In this document: positions 25,946 through 34,095 of the stretch, piece by piece
Layout: each line of letters opens with the position of its first letter
Position numbering within the stretch: position 1 is the first letter of the stretch
Origin: an uncultured Oscillospiraceae bacterium
GTDB lineage: Bacteria > Bacillota > Clostridia > Saccharofermentanales > UBA5734
DNA: 52,785 nucleotides
Reading direction: 5' to 3'
Assembly (NCBI GenBank): GCA_964479435.1
Contig: CAYZME010000002.1
Span: 1 to 52,785, forward strand
Notes under the pieces: model-generated
What the model was told of the DNA's origin: nothing
The model's input: only the letters and a program-made list of their open reading frames with translations
The model's database searches: none
Program-made: the position numbers and the translations under genes

Positions 25946-26519
25946 CGACCCGACCGTTGCTTATTTCAACCAGATCGCCGAGAGCTGGCACCGCCTATCC
26001 GCACTGCCGCCCGCGGCAGCAGCCGCGGTTTTGACGGCGCTGGACATCAAGGCGGGACAGCGCGTGCTCGATGTCGGCTGCGGCACGGGCTTGTTGTTCG
26101 CGCCGCTGCTGGCGCGCCTGGGACCGGCAGAAACATCCGATCCGGGCTGCCTGGTCGGGCTGGATCCGGCCCGGCGTATGCTGGCGATCGCGGCGCGGGC
26201 GCACCGCGGTGAAACCCGCTTGCGCCTGGTATGCGCGGCTCTTGCCGGGTACAACGGTGACGACGGCCCGTTCGACGCCATCCTCGCTTGCCGGGTGTTG
26301 CCGCATCTGCCGGACCCCGGACACGCGGTCGGGCGGTTGTTGGACTGGCTGCGACCCGGCGGCCGGTTGGTGATTTGTGAGACCTGGGATGAAAACACGG
26401 CCGCGCCCACGCCCGGGACCACTCTGCCGCCGCCTCCGGGCGGGTGGGTCTGCCAGCCCGCCGCGACCGGTAGCCATTGGGGTGTATGGATGTACCGACG
26501 ACCCGGCCCGGATCTTTGA
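25932..26519 (+). CDS. Class I SAM-dependent methyltransferase
   Basis: Motif I VLDVGCGTGLL and post-I/II regions. Overlaps the preceding gene by 14 nt. Confidence 0.75.
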   Translation: MTSADDPTVAYFNQIAESWHRLSALPPAAAAAVLTALDIKAGQRVLDVGCGTGLLFAPLLARLGPAETSDPGCLVGLDPARRMLAIAARAHRGETRLRLVCAALAGYNGDDGPFDAILACRVLPHLPDPGHAVGRLLDWLRPGGRLVICETWDENTAAPTPGTTLPPPPGGWVCQPAATGSHWGVWMYRRPGPDL

Positions 26520-26525
26520 GCGACG

Positions 26526-27473
26526 CTACAAACCCTGGGAAAAATCTGTTTCCGCGGTGAACATGGCCGCGTGTTTGTTTTCGCCGTGGAAATCGCTGCC
26601 CGCCGTGATGAGCAAGCCGGCCGCCAAACCGGCCGACAGCACCTCGGCGCGTTCGGCGGTCGTGGCCTCGCCGTGAAAGGCCTCGACACCCGCCAGGCCG
26701 ACAGCGGCCAATTCATGTAACACACCGGGGAGCGTGCGCCCCCACAAACCAGCCGCCTCACCGGTCCACTTATACACATGGGGATGCGCCAGTACTGACA
26801 GCCCGCCATGGGCGGCGAGAAAATCAATCGCCGCGGCCAGCGTCGGACGCTCGCGCGGGGCGTATGCCGGGCGGCCCACACCCAGGAAACGGGCAAACGC
26901 GTCGCCGCGGTCCGTCGCGTATCCTTTGCGGACCAGCAGGTTGGCGGCCTGGACACGCCCGACCACTGCTTCTGCCCCCGCGTCGGCCGTGTCGGCCCCC
27001 GCGTCGGCCGCACGCTCATTTTCCGCTTCCAGCTCCGCCAACGTGACCGGCATACCCAGCGCGGTCAGCTTGTCACACATCCGGCGGTTGCGTTCCCGGC
27101 GGCGTTGCCGCTGTTCTCGCAACCAGACCTCTACGGCCTCAATCCCGCCCAGGGGAAAATAACCCAGCAAATGGACTTCGATTTTTCGCAGCGGCCGGAT
27201 TTCGTAATCGACACTCAATTCCACCCCGGGGATCAGGAGCGGGGCGTCCGGGCCGATGGAGACAAGTGCCGCCTCAATCGCCGGCAAAGCCGCCAGTGTG
27301 TCGTGATCCGTCACGGAAAACGCGCGCAATCCGTTCGCCGCCACCATGTCGACCAGGGCTTCCGGCGCGGTCGTGCCATCCGACGCGGTGGTGTGCAAAT
27401 GCAGGTCGCACGCGCCGGCCGCGACGATTTCACGGATGCGGCGTGCCGCCTCGGCTCTTGTCTTTCCTTCCAT
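26526..27473 (-). CDS. PHP-domain metal-dependent phosphoesterase (TrpH/YciV-like)
   Basis: CDLHLHTTASDGT, VTDHDT, HPHVYKW, GSDFHG histidine motifs. ATG 27473 after GAGGAGA. Confidence 0.8.
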   Translation of the reverse strand: MEGKTRAEAARRIREIVAAGACDLHLHTTASDGTTAPEALVDMVAANGLRAFSVTDHDTLAALPAIEAALVSIGPDAPLLIPGVELSVDYEIRPLRKIEVHLLGYFPLGGIEAVEVWLREQRQRRRERNRRMCDKLTALGMPVTLAELEAENERAADAGADTADAGAEAVVGRVQAANLLVRKGYATDRGDAFARFLGVGRPAYAPRERPTLAAAIDFLAAHGGLSVLAHPHVYKWTGEAAGLWGRTLPGVLHELAAVGLAGVEAFHGEATTAERAEVLSAGLAAGLLITAGSDFHGENKHAAMFTAETDFSQGL

Positions 27474-27510
27474 CGCATTTTCTCCTCGCCTGTCGCGACA
27501 TGTCGTACAT

Positions 27511-27538
27511 AGAAAAGGGCCTCCCCTGCGGCAGGCCC
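27511..27538 (-). terminator. Intrinsic terminator after the EF-G-like gene
   Basis: Minus strand: GGGCCT...AGGCCC stem followed by TTTTCT. Confidence 0.55.
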
Positions 27539-27561
27539 TCTGGCGATGTATCGGATGGGGA

Positions 27562-29637
27562 TCAGCCTTCCTCGCCGGCGCGCGCTTTGGCGGCGGCGAT
27601 GGCTTTCTCCATGATGTTCTGCGGCGCGGGTTCGTAGCGGGCAAAAGAAATGATATACGCGCCACGCCCCTGGGTCATCGACTTGAGATCGGTGGCATAG
27701 CGGGCCATCTCGGAAGTCGGCGCCTCGGCGGTCACCACTTGCTCCCCTTCTTCATTGGGGTTGATCCCGATGATCCGGCCGCGGCGCTTGTTGAGATCGC
27801 CCATGATGTCGCCCAAAAACGCGTCGGGGATCGTGATCGCCACATCAGAAATGGGCTCGAGCAAAATGGGGGACGCCTGTGTCATCCCGGCTTTAAAGGC
27901 CAGGCTGGCGGCAATTTTAAAAGCGATTTCCGACGAGTCCACGTCGTGATAAGACCCGTCGACCAGTGTGGCCTTGAGGTTGACCACCGGATAGCCGGCG
28001 AGTACGCCTCTCTGGATGGCTTCCAGCAGTCCTTTTTCCACCGCCGGGTGGTATTGTTTGGGCACGGAGCCGCCAAAGATATTCTCTTCGAAGGTCAACG
28101 CCTCTGTCTCGCCCGGTTCAAACTCGATCCACACATCGCCGTATTGGCCATGGCCGCCGGATTGTTTTTTGTGCCGGCCCTGTACTCTGACCTTTTTGCG
28201 GATGGTCTCGCGATAAGGGACATCCGGTTCTTCCAGCAGCGAATCGGCGTTGAATTTGGTTTTGAGTTTGGAGCGCAAAACATCCAGGTGTTGTTCGCCC
28301 ATCCCCGAAAGCACGATCTGGTGCGTCTCAGCGTCGGCGCGGACCACAAAGGTGGGATCCTCATCGCGCAGTTTTTGCAAACCCGCCATGATTTTTTCTT
28401 CCTCACCCTTGGCTTTGGCTAAAATGGCCATCGAAAGGCAGGGGATCGGAAACTCGATCGGATCCAGCACCACCGGGCGGGAGCGGTCACAGAGCGTATC
28501 GTTGGTGGTGGTGACGACCAGTTTGGTCACCGCCCCGATGTCGCCGGCGACCAGTTTGTCTGCCGGGATCTGCTTCTTGCCCACCATGATCGCCAGACCG
28601 GCGATGCGTTCATCTTTTTCCTTAAGCGGATTGTAAACCGGGGAGTTGGCTTTCATCGTCCCCGAATACACGCGGAACAATGAAATGCGGCCGACAAAGG
28701 GGTCGGCGATGGTCTTGAAGACAAAGACCGACAGCGGCGCGTCGGGATCGGTGGTGATTTCAACCGGCAACCCGTCCGGGCTTTTACCTTTGCCCGCCAC
28801 TTCGGCGGAAGGCGCGTACGCGCACACTTTGTCCATCAGATGGCGGATCGCCCAGTTGGAAGCCGCCGACCCGACAAAAACCGGGGTCAGGGAACCCGCG
28901 GCGATGCTGGCGCGCAAACCGGTCGCGAGCTCTTCATCGGTAAACGGCTCGCCGCCGAAATATTTTTCCATCAGGTGCTCATCGCTCTCGGCCGCGTGCT
29001 CGAGGATGCTTTCTTGCAAAGACTCCACCTCGTCCGCCCACTCGGCCGGCATGGGAACCTCTTTGACTTCGCCCTTGGCGTCAAACGCGTAAGCCTGCTT
29101 GGCCACCACGTCGACAAATCCGGTCATCGTGCCGTCCGCGAGAATCGGCAACGTAAACGGCGTCACCGGGGTGCCAAAATACTCCCGCAGTTGTTCCAGG
29201 GTTTTGGCAAAATCGGCATTGGCCTCATCCATGCGGCTGACAAAGAAGAAAACCGGCAGCCCGGATTTTTTACAGGCGCGCACCGCTTTTTCCGTGCCGA
29301 CCACGACGCCGTCTTTGGCGCCGACGGTAATGACGGCGGAGTCGGCGACGCGCATGCCCTGCATGACTTCGCCGATGAAGTCAAAGTCGCCCGGGGTGTC
29401 GATGATGTTGAGTTTGGTGTCCTTCCACTCGCAGGCCGCGAGCGCGGTGTTGATCGAAATCTGACGGCGAATTTCCTCCGGATCAAAATCCATGGTGGTA
29501 TTGCCATCCGTCGGCTTGCCCAAGCGGTCGATCGCCTTGGCGTTGAACAGCATGGCCTCGGCCAGAACGGTCTTGCCGGACCCGCCATGTCCCAGCAGGA
29601 CAAGGTTGCGGATACGGGAGGCAGGATATTCTTTCAT
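27562..29637 (-). CDS. Elongation factor G paralogue (EF-G-like translational GTPase), divergent G motifs
   Basis: Five-domain EF-G length (691 aa). G1 GHGGSGKT, G3 DTPGDFDF, G4 position reads SRMD instead of NKxD. It is not in an rpsL-rpsG-fusA context. ATG 29637. Confidence 0.8.
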   Translation of the reverse strand: MKEYPASRIRNLVLLGHGGSGKTVLAEAMLFNAKAIDRLGKPTDGNTTMDFDPEEIRRQISINTALAACEWKDTKLNIIDTPGDFDFIGEVMQGMRVADSAVITVGAKDGVVVGTEKAVRACKKSGLPVFFFVSRMDEANADFAKTLEQLREYFGTPVTPFTLPILADGTMTGFVDVVAKQAYAFDAKGEVKEVPMPAEWADEVESLQESILEHAAESDEHLMEKYFGGEPFTDEELATGLRASIAAGSLTPVFVGSAASNWAIRHLMDKVCAYAPSAEVAGKGKSPDGLPVEITTDPDAPLSVFVFKTIADPFVGRISLFRVYSGTMKANSPVYNPLKEKDERIAGLAIMVGKKQIPADKLVAGDIGAVTKLVVTTTNDTLCDRSRPVVLDPIEFPIPCLSMAILAKAKGEEEKIMAGLQKLRDEDPTFVVRADAETHQIVLSGMGEQHLDVLRSKLKTKFNADSLLEEPDVPYRETIRKKVRVQGRHKKQSGGHGQYGDVWIEFEPGETEALTFEENIFGGSVPKQYHPAVEKGLLEAIQRGVLAGYPVVNLKATLVDGSYHDVDSSEIAFKIAASLAFKAGMTQASPILLEPISDVAITIPDAFLGDIMGDLNKRRGRIIGINPNEEGEQVVTAEAPTSEMARYATDLKSMTQGRGAYIISFARYEPAPQNIMEKAIAAAKARAGEEG

Positions 29638-29687
29638 GCAGCGGGTCCCCCTTGAGGTTCTTTTTTGACGCATACGCGCGCCAAGCC

Positions 29688-29698
29688 ATTATATTATA
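29688..29698 (-). promoter_or_regulatory. Overlapping -10 hexamers (TATAATATAAT) upstream of the EF-G-like gene
   Basis: Minus strand TATAAT at 29693..29698 and at 29688..29693, overlapping the dusB stop codon. No clear -35. Confidence 0.45.
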
Positions 29699-30800
29699 CT
29701 ATTGCCCCCGAGTCGTTACCACACCGCGAAGCGGCATCGCCGGGACCGGCAAAAGCAGCCTGCCAATCGGCCAGCAGCGCTGTGACATCTTCCATGGTCC
29801 GCACCGTCCCGGCGCGGCGCCGCAAGGCGGTCGCGTGGGGTGTCCCGTACAAATACCACAACAACGATTTGCGCGACTCCCGGATTCCCCGTTCCCCGCC
29901 CATAACGGCCATCCGCTCCCGGATCTCGCGCCGGACCAGCGCCACCCTGGACGCGATCTCCGGGGTTGGTGGAGGCTCTTGCGCCGCCATGGCCGCGGCC
30001 ATTTGCGCGAACACCCATGGTCTGCCCAGCGCGCCGCGCCCCACCGCGACGCCGTCCACGCCGGTTTGCCGCATCATCGCCACCGCGTCGGCCGCGTCCC
30101 GCACATCCCCGTTGCCCAAGACCGGCACCGTCACCGCCTGTTTGACGCGGGTGATCACCTCCCAGTCGGCCCGGCCGCCGTACATCTGGTCGCGGGTGCG
30201 CGCGTGCAATGTAATCAGGGCCGCGCCGCTCTGTTCCGCCATCCGCGCGAACGTGGCCGTGTCCGCCGTGGCGTGATCCCAGCCGGTGCGGAACTTGACC
30301 GTCACCGGCACCCCATACCCGGAAGCCGCCGCCACCGCGGCGCGCAAAACCCGCTCAGCCCGCGGCACATCACGCATCAACGCGCAGCCCGCGCCCGTCG
30401 TGACCACTTTGTTGACCGGGCACCCCATGTTGATGTCGATGGCAAACGCGGCCGCCAGCACCGGGTGCTCCAGAATCGCGCGGATCGCGTAATCAAAATC
30501 GGCGGGGTCGGCGCCGAACAGTTGGATCGCGACCGGTTGCTCGGCCGGCGAGATCGCCAGATACCGCCAGCTGCGGAGCAGGTGCGGATCGTGGCGGATC
30601 CCCCGCGCGCTGACCAATTCTGTGCATGTCAGATCGGCGCCCTGCTCGCGGCAAATGGCGCGAAAGACCCCATCGGTCGCGCCGGCCATCGGCGCGAGCG
30701 CCAGGTTGCCCGGCAGCAGGCGCGCGCCGACCGGGATCGGACGGCGCACACCCGCCGTCCCGGCCGCTGCCTCGCGTTTCAAACCGGGTGTATGACTCAT
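29694..30800 (-). CDS. dusB: tRNA-dihydrouridine synthase
   Basis: LAPMAGATDGVFR, INMGCPVNKV (catalytic Cys), LHARTRDQMY. ATG 30800 after GAGGAG. The longer ORF-track model runs into the tRNA gene. Confidence 0.85.
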   Translation of the reverse strand: MSHTPGLKREAAAGTAGVRRPIPVGARLLPGNLALAPMAGATDGVFRAICREQGADLTCTELVSARGIRHDPHLLRSWRYLAISPAEQPVAIQLFGADPADFDYAIRAILEHPVLAAAFAIDINMGCPVNKVVTTGAGCALMRDVPRAERVLRAAVAAASGYGVPVTVKFRTGWDHATADTATFARMAEQSGAALITLHARTRDQMYGGRADWEVITRVKQAVTVPVLGNGDVRDAADAVAMMRQTGVDGVAVGRGALGRPWVFAQMAAAMAAQEPPPTPEIASRVALVRREIRERMAVMGGERGIRESRKSLLWYLYGTPHATALRRRAGTVRTMEDVTALLADWQAAFAGPGDAASRCGNDSGAIV

Positions 30801-30881
30801 AGTGAATCTCCTCGCGGGGTGATAAAACAAACCGCGCCCCCGGTGGTAACGGAAGCGCGGCTGGCGCGGACTTATGGCCGC

Positions 30882-30956
30882 TGGCACCTCGGACAGGAAT
30901 CGAACCCGTATCAACAGCTCCGGAAACTGTCGCCTTATCCATTAGGCTACCGAGGC
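30882..30956 (-). tRNA. tRNA-Arg (anticodon CCG), CCA encoded
   Basis: Hand-folded cloverleaf GCCTCGG-TA-GCCT/AATGGATA/AGGC-G-ACAGT/TTCCGGA/GCTGT-TGAT-ACGGG/TTCGATT/CCTGT-CCGAGGT-G-CCA. U33, G37, G53-C61 and the T-loop TTCGATT are present. Position 1-72 is a G-U wobble. Confidence 0.85.
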
Positions 30957-30992
30957 ATTTCCCGCGTCGCGGCCGGTCCGGACAGTGACAGA

Positions 30993-31021
30993 ATTATAAC
31001 GCCGGTTCCCCCGATTTGCAA
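30993..31021 (-). promoter_or_regulatory. Strong sigma-A promoter of the tRNA-Arg gene
   Basis: Minus strand: TTGCAA (31016..31021), 17-nt spacer, TATAAT (30993..30998). It lies about 30 nt upstream of the mature 5' end. Confidence 0.75.
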
Positions 31022-31060
31022 TCTCATCGGCCGACAGGCCATCGCCAAACCGGCGCGGCC

Positions 31061-33991
31061 CTACCCTTTGTCCACACCGTTTTCCAAGGTCTGCCGCGCC
31101 AAATTGGCCAATTCGGTGTACAGATCGCGCTGGACCGACGCCCACGGCGCGTCAAAATCCTTCATGTAGGCGTCGGGAATGGCGTGCAGCAGCGCTTCGG
31201 CCGTCTGGCGGCCGGGGAAGCGGCGAAACGTGATAATCGCGTTGGCGGCGGCCGGGATGCCAAACTCGATCTGGTTGTCAAAGATGGAGTACCCCCCGTC
31301 CCGGTATTGGACCGGGTTGTCGAGATCGAGGGTGCGAAACGCCGCGCGCAGGTAGTAGATGGTGACATCCAGCAACTTGTTGTTGCGGATGGTGTCGTCG
31401 CCAAACAACGTCGTCGTCAGCTCGGATTTGCTCAACGCGCGATTGCGGTTGTGCAGCAGGAGGGCCAGCAGCTCGCGGGTTTTGCTGGTGCGGAAACGAA
31501 GGTGCTGATCCTGGGCCTTGATCGGCGCCGCGTAGAACGGGCCGAAGCAATTGATGTATATTTTTTTGATGCGGTAGTCGAAGCGGTCGATGACGGTGCG
31601 GACAAATTCCGGCTCCATACCCTCGTCAACCGCCAGGTTGATGGCCGGCTCAAACAGCTCCCGGTCCGCGTACAAGGCGATCATCCGGCTGCGCGCGGCC
31701 ATCGTGATGGAAATTCGCATGTATTCGGCGGCCACCGTGTCCTGTCGGTTGCGGATGGCGACGCACGCCATCAACGCGTACAGCGACGCGACCGCGTAGG
31801 GCAGATGGATGTTTTCATTGCGCTCAAAACACTCTTCGATGATCTCGGCAGCCGCGGCGGTGTGATCGGTCTTCAATAAAAATGCCGCCGTCCGGGTCAG
31901 CGCCGAAAAGTACACCGACGGCAGACAGTTCTTTTGCAAAGAGCGGATGATCTGCGCGCAGGCCAGCGGGTCGGCGCCGCGGATCAGCCCGGCCACCTGT
32001 TCCAACACACGCGTGGTGGCGGTCGCGACCGCGTCCTCCGGCTCCAGTTCGACAAATTCGCGCAAGCGCTCCAACAGAGGATCCAGCATCTCATCGCGCA
32101 ACGGGCGGGCAAAGATCCGCTCCTGATACAGATCGGCCAGCAGGCATTCCAGCGACAGGATCCGTTCGTTGCGGATTTCATCCGTCAGCGCGTGCGCGCG
32201 CGTGGGTGTCACCCGCCAACCGGCGAGCAAACGCCGCGCCTCATCGAATTCGTCCATATTCTGGAGCGCGCGCACGACGTAATAAACATGCGCGGCTTTG
32301 CCCAGCAAATCGAGATCCTCCGCCGCCAACCCGGCCGCGGCGCGGTGGCTTTGCACCACCTCCGGGAACCGTCCTTTGTGGTAATGCACCGCGATCATCA
32401 GCCACTCATACATGCGCACGAGCCGTTCGTCACCGGCCGCGCGGGCCGCCTCGAGCCCTTTCCCGATCCGGGCCGCGACCTGCGCGCCGTGTTGCGGGTG
32501 GTGCAGACAGCAGGTCTGGTCGGCCAGCAGCAGGCAAGCCGCCTCGGACGACACAGCGGCGGCGGCGTCTTGCATCTGGTCGATTTCGCCGCAGGCCTCG
32601 CTGTCGACGCTCGCGCTTCGCGCCAGCATCGCGCGATAGCGCATGACCTCCACCAGGTGCTCCTGCTCCCCCCGGTCGCGCAGATCTTGCCACGTGCGCT
32701 CGATCAGCGGCCGCGCCGCGTCCATGCGCCGGTCGAGCACCAGAAGCTCGACGCGCAGTAGACCGCACAGCGTGCCGCAATCTTCCGGCAACCGCTCGAG
32801 CCAGCGTGCGAGCTCCGGCCCCAGCCCGGCGGCGATCATTCTCTCTCCGGCCAATCCGGCACAGGTTTCCAGCAACGCCGCATCCGCGGCCAGGTAGGCA
32901 AAACGCCCCGCCCCCAGCGCGTCGCCGGCGGCCAACAAGCCCCGGGCGGCCAGCCGGTATTCCTCGGTGTCCGGCGGCATGGTCTGCAGCAGATACGCGC
33001 GGAACGGCGCGTAGAAACGATAATAGCCCCCGGTCTTTTTCTTCAGGTAATAATGGTTGTTGACCAGATATTCCAGCAATGCGGCCGCGTTGCCGGTGCC
33101 GGCCTGGGCATTGCACAGCTCGGCTGTCATCCCGTCCAGCAGGCGGATGCTTTGCACAAACGCGCGCATACTGGGGGGCAATGTTTCCAGAATGCCCTGG
33201 AAACAGGCGGCCTGGTCGCGCGCTCCGGTTTCGCCGTTTCGCCATCTTTCCACCGGGACATCGATGTCCCGGTGTTGTTGCAACAACAAGCGGTAGGAAT
33301 TGACCGCGCACGGCCACCCGGACGACGAGTTCCAGACAAAATCGGCGTCGTATCCCACGACCTGGGTCACTTCTTCCCGCTCCAGCCAGAGTTCGGCGTC
33401 GTCGACCACGCGCACGGCCATCCCGGGCGCGCTCAGTACATGTTCTTCGATGTAACGGGAAGCGCCGATCAGGATCAGCCGCAATCCGGCCGGATTGCGG
33501 AGGATCCATTCTTGCAGAAAAACGCCGACGTGGGGGTTGTCCAGAACGGTGAGGTTGTCGAGGACGACCGTGTACGCTGAACCGGGCGCTTCCGCGCCGG
33601 CCAACCGGGTATACTCGTCGAGAAATTCGTCCAGCAATTCGTGGGCGACGCGGACGGTGGGGTGTAAAAGGGGATAGAGGCCCAATTTTTGGCGGAATGC
33701 CGGCAAGACGCGGCGGATCGCCTGTCCCAGGCCGTACACAAAGGCGTGGAGTGTGTTGTCGCCCGCTTCCAGCTCAAACCAGACTGTGTGCCCGGCGCGG
33801 GCGGCAAACAGCGAGGCCGTAGCGGTTTTTCCCGTCCCGGCCCCGGACCGCAGATATACAACCGGCCTTGCGCGATCGAACAAAAGATCTAAAGCAGATG
33901 GACGGATGGCCAGCCCACGTTCGGGGAGCGGCGGTTGGAATCTGACAAAGCCGATCGTATCCATGGGAGCCGCCTCGCGGATATCGTTCAT
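31061..33991 (-). CDS. MalT-like STAND ATPase with helical-repeat sensor region and C-terminal SARP/OmpR-type winged helix plus BTAD-like domain
   Basis: 976 aa. Walker A GAGTGKT, Walker B-like YTVVLDNLTVL, MalT-like LRLILIGASR. A long helical (TPR-like) middle region. C-terminal FRTSKTRELLALLLHNRNRALSKSELTTTLFGDD...LDVTIYYLRAAF (trans_reg_C-like), followed by a BTAD-like tail. Confidence 0.7.
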   Translation of the reverse strand: MNDIREAAPMDTIGFVRFQPPLPERGLAIRPSALDLLFDRARPVVYLRSGAGTGKTATASLFAARAGHTVWFELEAGDNTLHAFVYGLGQAIRRVLPAFRQKLGLYPLLHPTVRVAHELLDEFLDEYTRLAGAEAPGSAYTVVLDNLTVLDNPHVGVFLQEWILRNPAGLRLILIGASRYIEEHVLSAPGMAVRVVDDAELWLEREEVTQVVGYDADFVWNSSSGWPCAVNSYRLLLQQHRDIDVPVERWRNGETGARDQAACFQGILETLPPSMRAFVQSIRLLDGMTAELCNAQAGTGNAAALLEYLVNNHYYLKKKTGGYYRFYAPFRAYLLQTMPPDTEEYRLAARGLLAAGDALGAGRFAYLAADAALLETCAGLAGERMIAAGLGPELARWLERLPEDCGTLCGLLRVELLVLDRRMDAARPLIERTWQDLRDRGEQEHLVEVMRYRAMLARSASVDSEACGEIDQMQDAAAAVSSEAACLLLADQTCCLHHPQHGAQVAARIGKGLEAARAAGDERLVRMYEWLMIAVHYHKGRFPEVVQSHRAAAGLAAEDLDLLGKAAHVYYVVRALQNMDEFDEARRLLAGWRVTPTRAHALTDEIRNERILSLECLLADLYQERIFARPLRDEMLDPLLERLREFVELEPEDAVATATTRVLEQVAGLIRGADPLACAQIIRSLQKNCLPSVYFSALTRTAAFLLKTDHTAAAAEIIEECFERNENIHLPYAVASLYALMACVAIRNRQDTVAAEYMRISITMAARSRMIALYADRELFEPAINLAVDEGMEPEFVRTVIDRFDYRIKKIYINCFGPFYAAPIKAQDQHLRFRTSKTRELLALLLHNRNRALSKSELTTTLFGDDTIRNNKLLDVTIYYLRAAFRTLDLDNPVQYRDGGYSIFDNQIEFGIPAAANAIITFRRFPGRQTAEALLHAIPDAYMKDFDAPWASVQRDLYTELANLARQTLENGVDKG

Positions 33992-34001
33992 CCTATAAAC
34001 T

Positions 34002-34026
34002 GTTGTGTTTGGTAGGCAAACACAAC
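34002..34026 (-). promoter_or_regulatory. Leader hairpin upstream of the STAND regulator gene
   Basis: Perfect 10-bp stem GTTGTGTTTG / CAAACACAAC with a 5-nt loop. On the mRNA it ends 10 nt before the ATG (33991). There is no good SD. Confidence 0.6.
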
Positions 34027-34044
34027 GCCATTTCCGTAAGCTAA

Positions 34045-34053
34045 ATTATAACA
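34045..34053 (-). promoter_or_regulatory. Extended -10 promoter (TGtTATAAT) of the STAND regulator gene
   Basis: Minus strand TGTTATAAT, immediately preceded by TTGTGTTGTG, a third copy of the hairpin-arm motif. Confidence 0.55.
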
Positions 34054-34095
34054 CAACACAAGGCCGAATGCTGGCCTCCGGTGGAGGCCGACCGC

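Noticed and set aside
30801-30914. ORF-track N-terminal extensions, for example dusB to 30914. Similar cases: proB to 4935, the PHP gene to 27665, pth to 41535, bioY to 19220 and the HAD gene to 15742.
   Set aside because: The extensions are Arg/Pro-rich and lack SD sites. They cross a tRNA, terminators or upstream genes, and in each case an internal ATG has a good SD or an ATGA stop overlap and matches the conserved family N-terminus.
30957-31060. Integrase/att site or mobile element next to tRNA-Arg
   Set aside because: No recombinase ORF lies in the flank. No duplicate of the tRNA 3' end was noticed in the window, and GC content is uniform. The short flank is occupied by the tRNA's own promoter.
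31061-33991. STAND ATPase as an antiviral Avs/NLR-like defence protein
   Set aside because: No nuclease, protease, TIR, SIR2 or other effector domain is visible. The output domain is a DNA-binding winged helix, so a transcriptional regulator is the more economical reading. This was not fully excluded without profile or structure searches.
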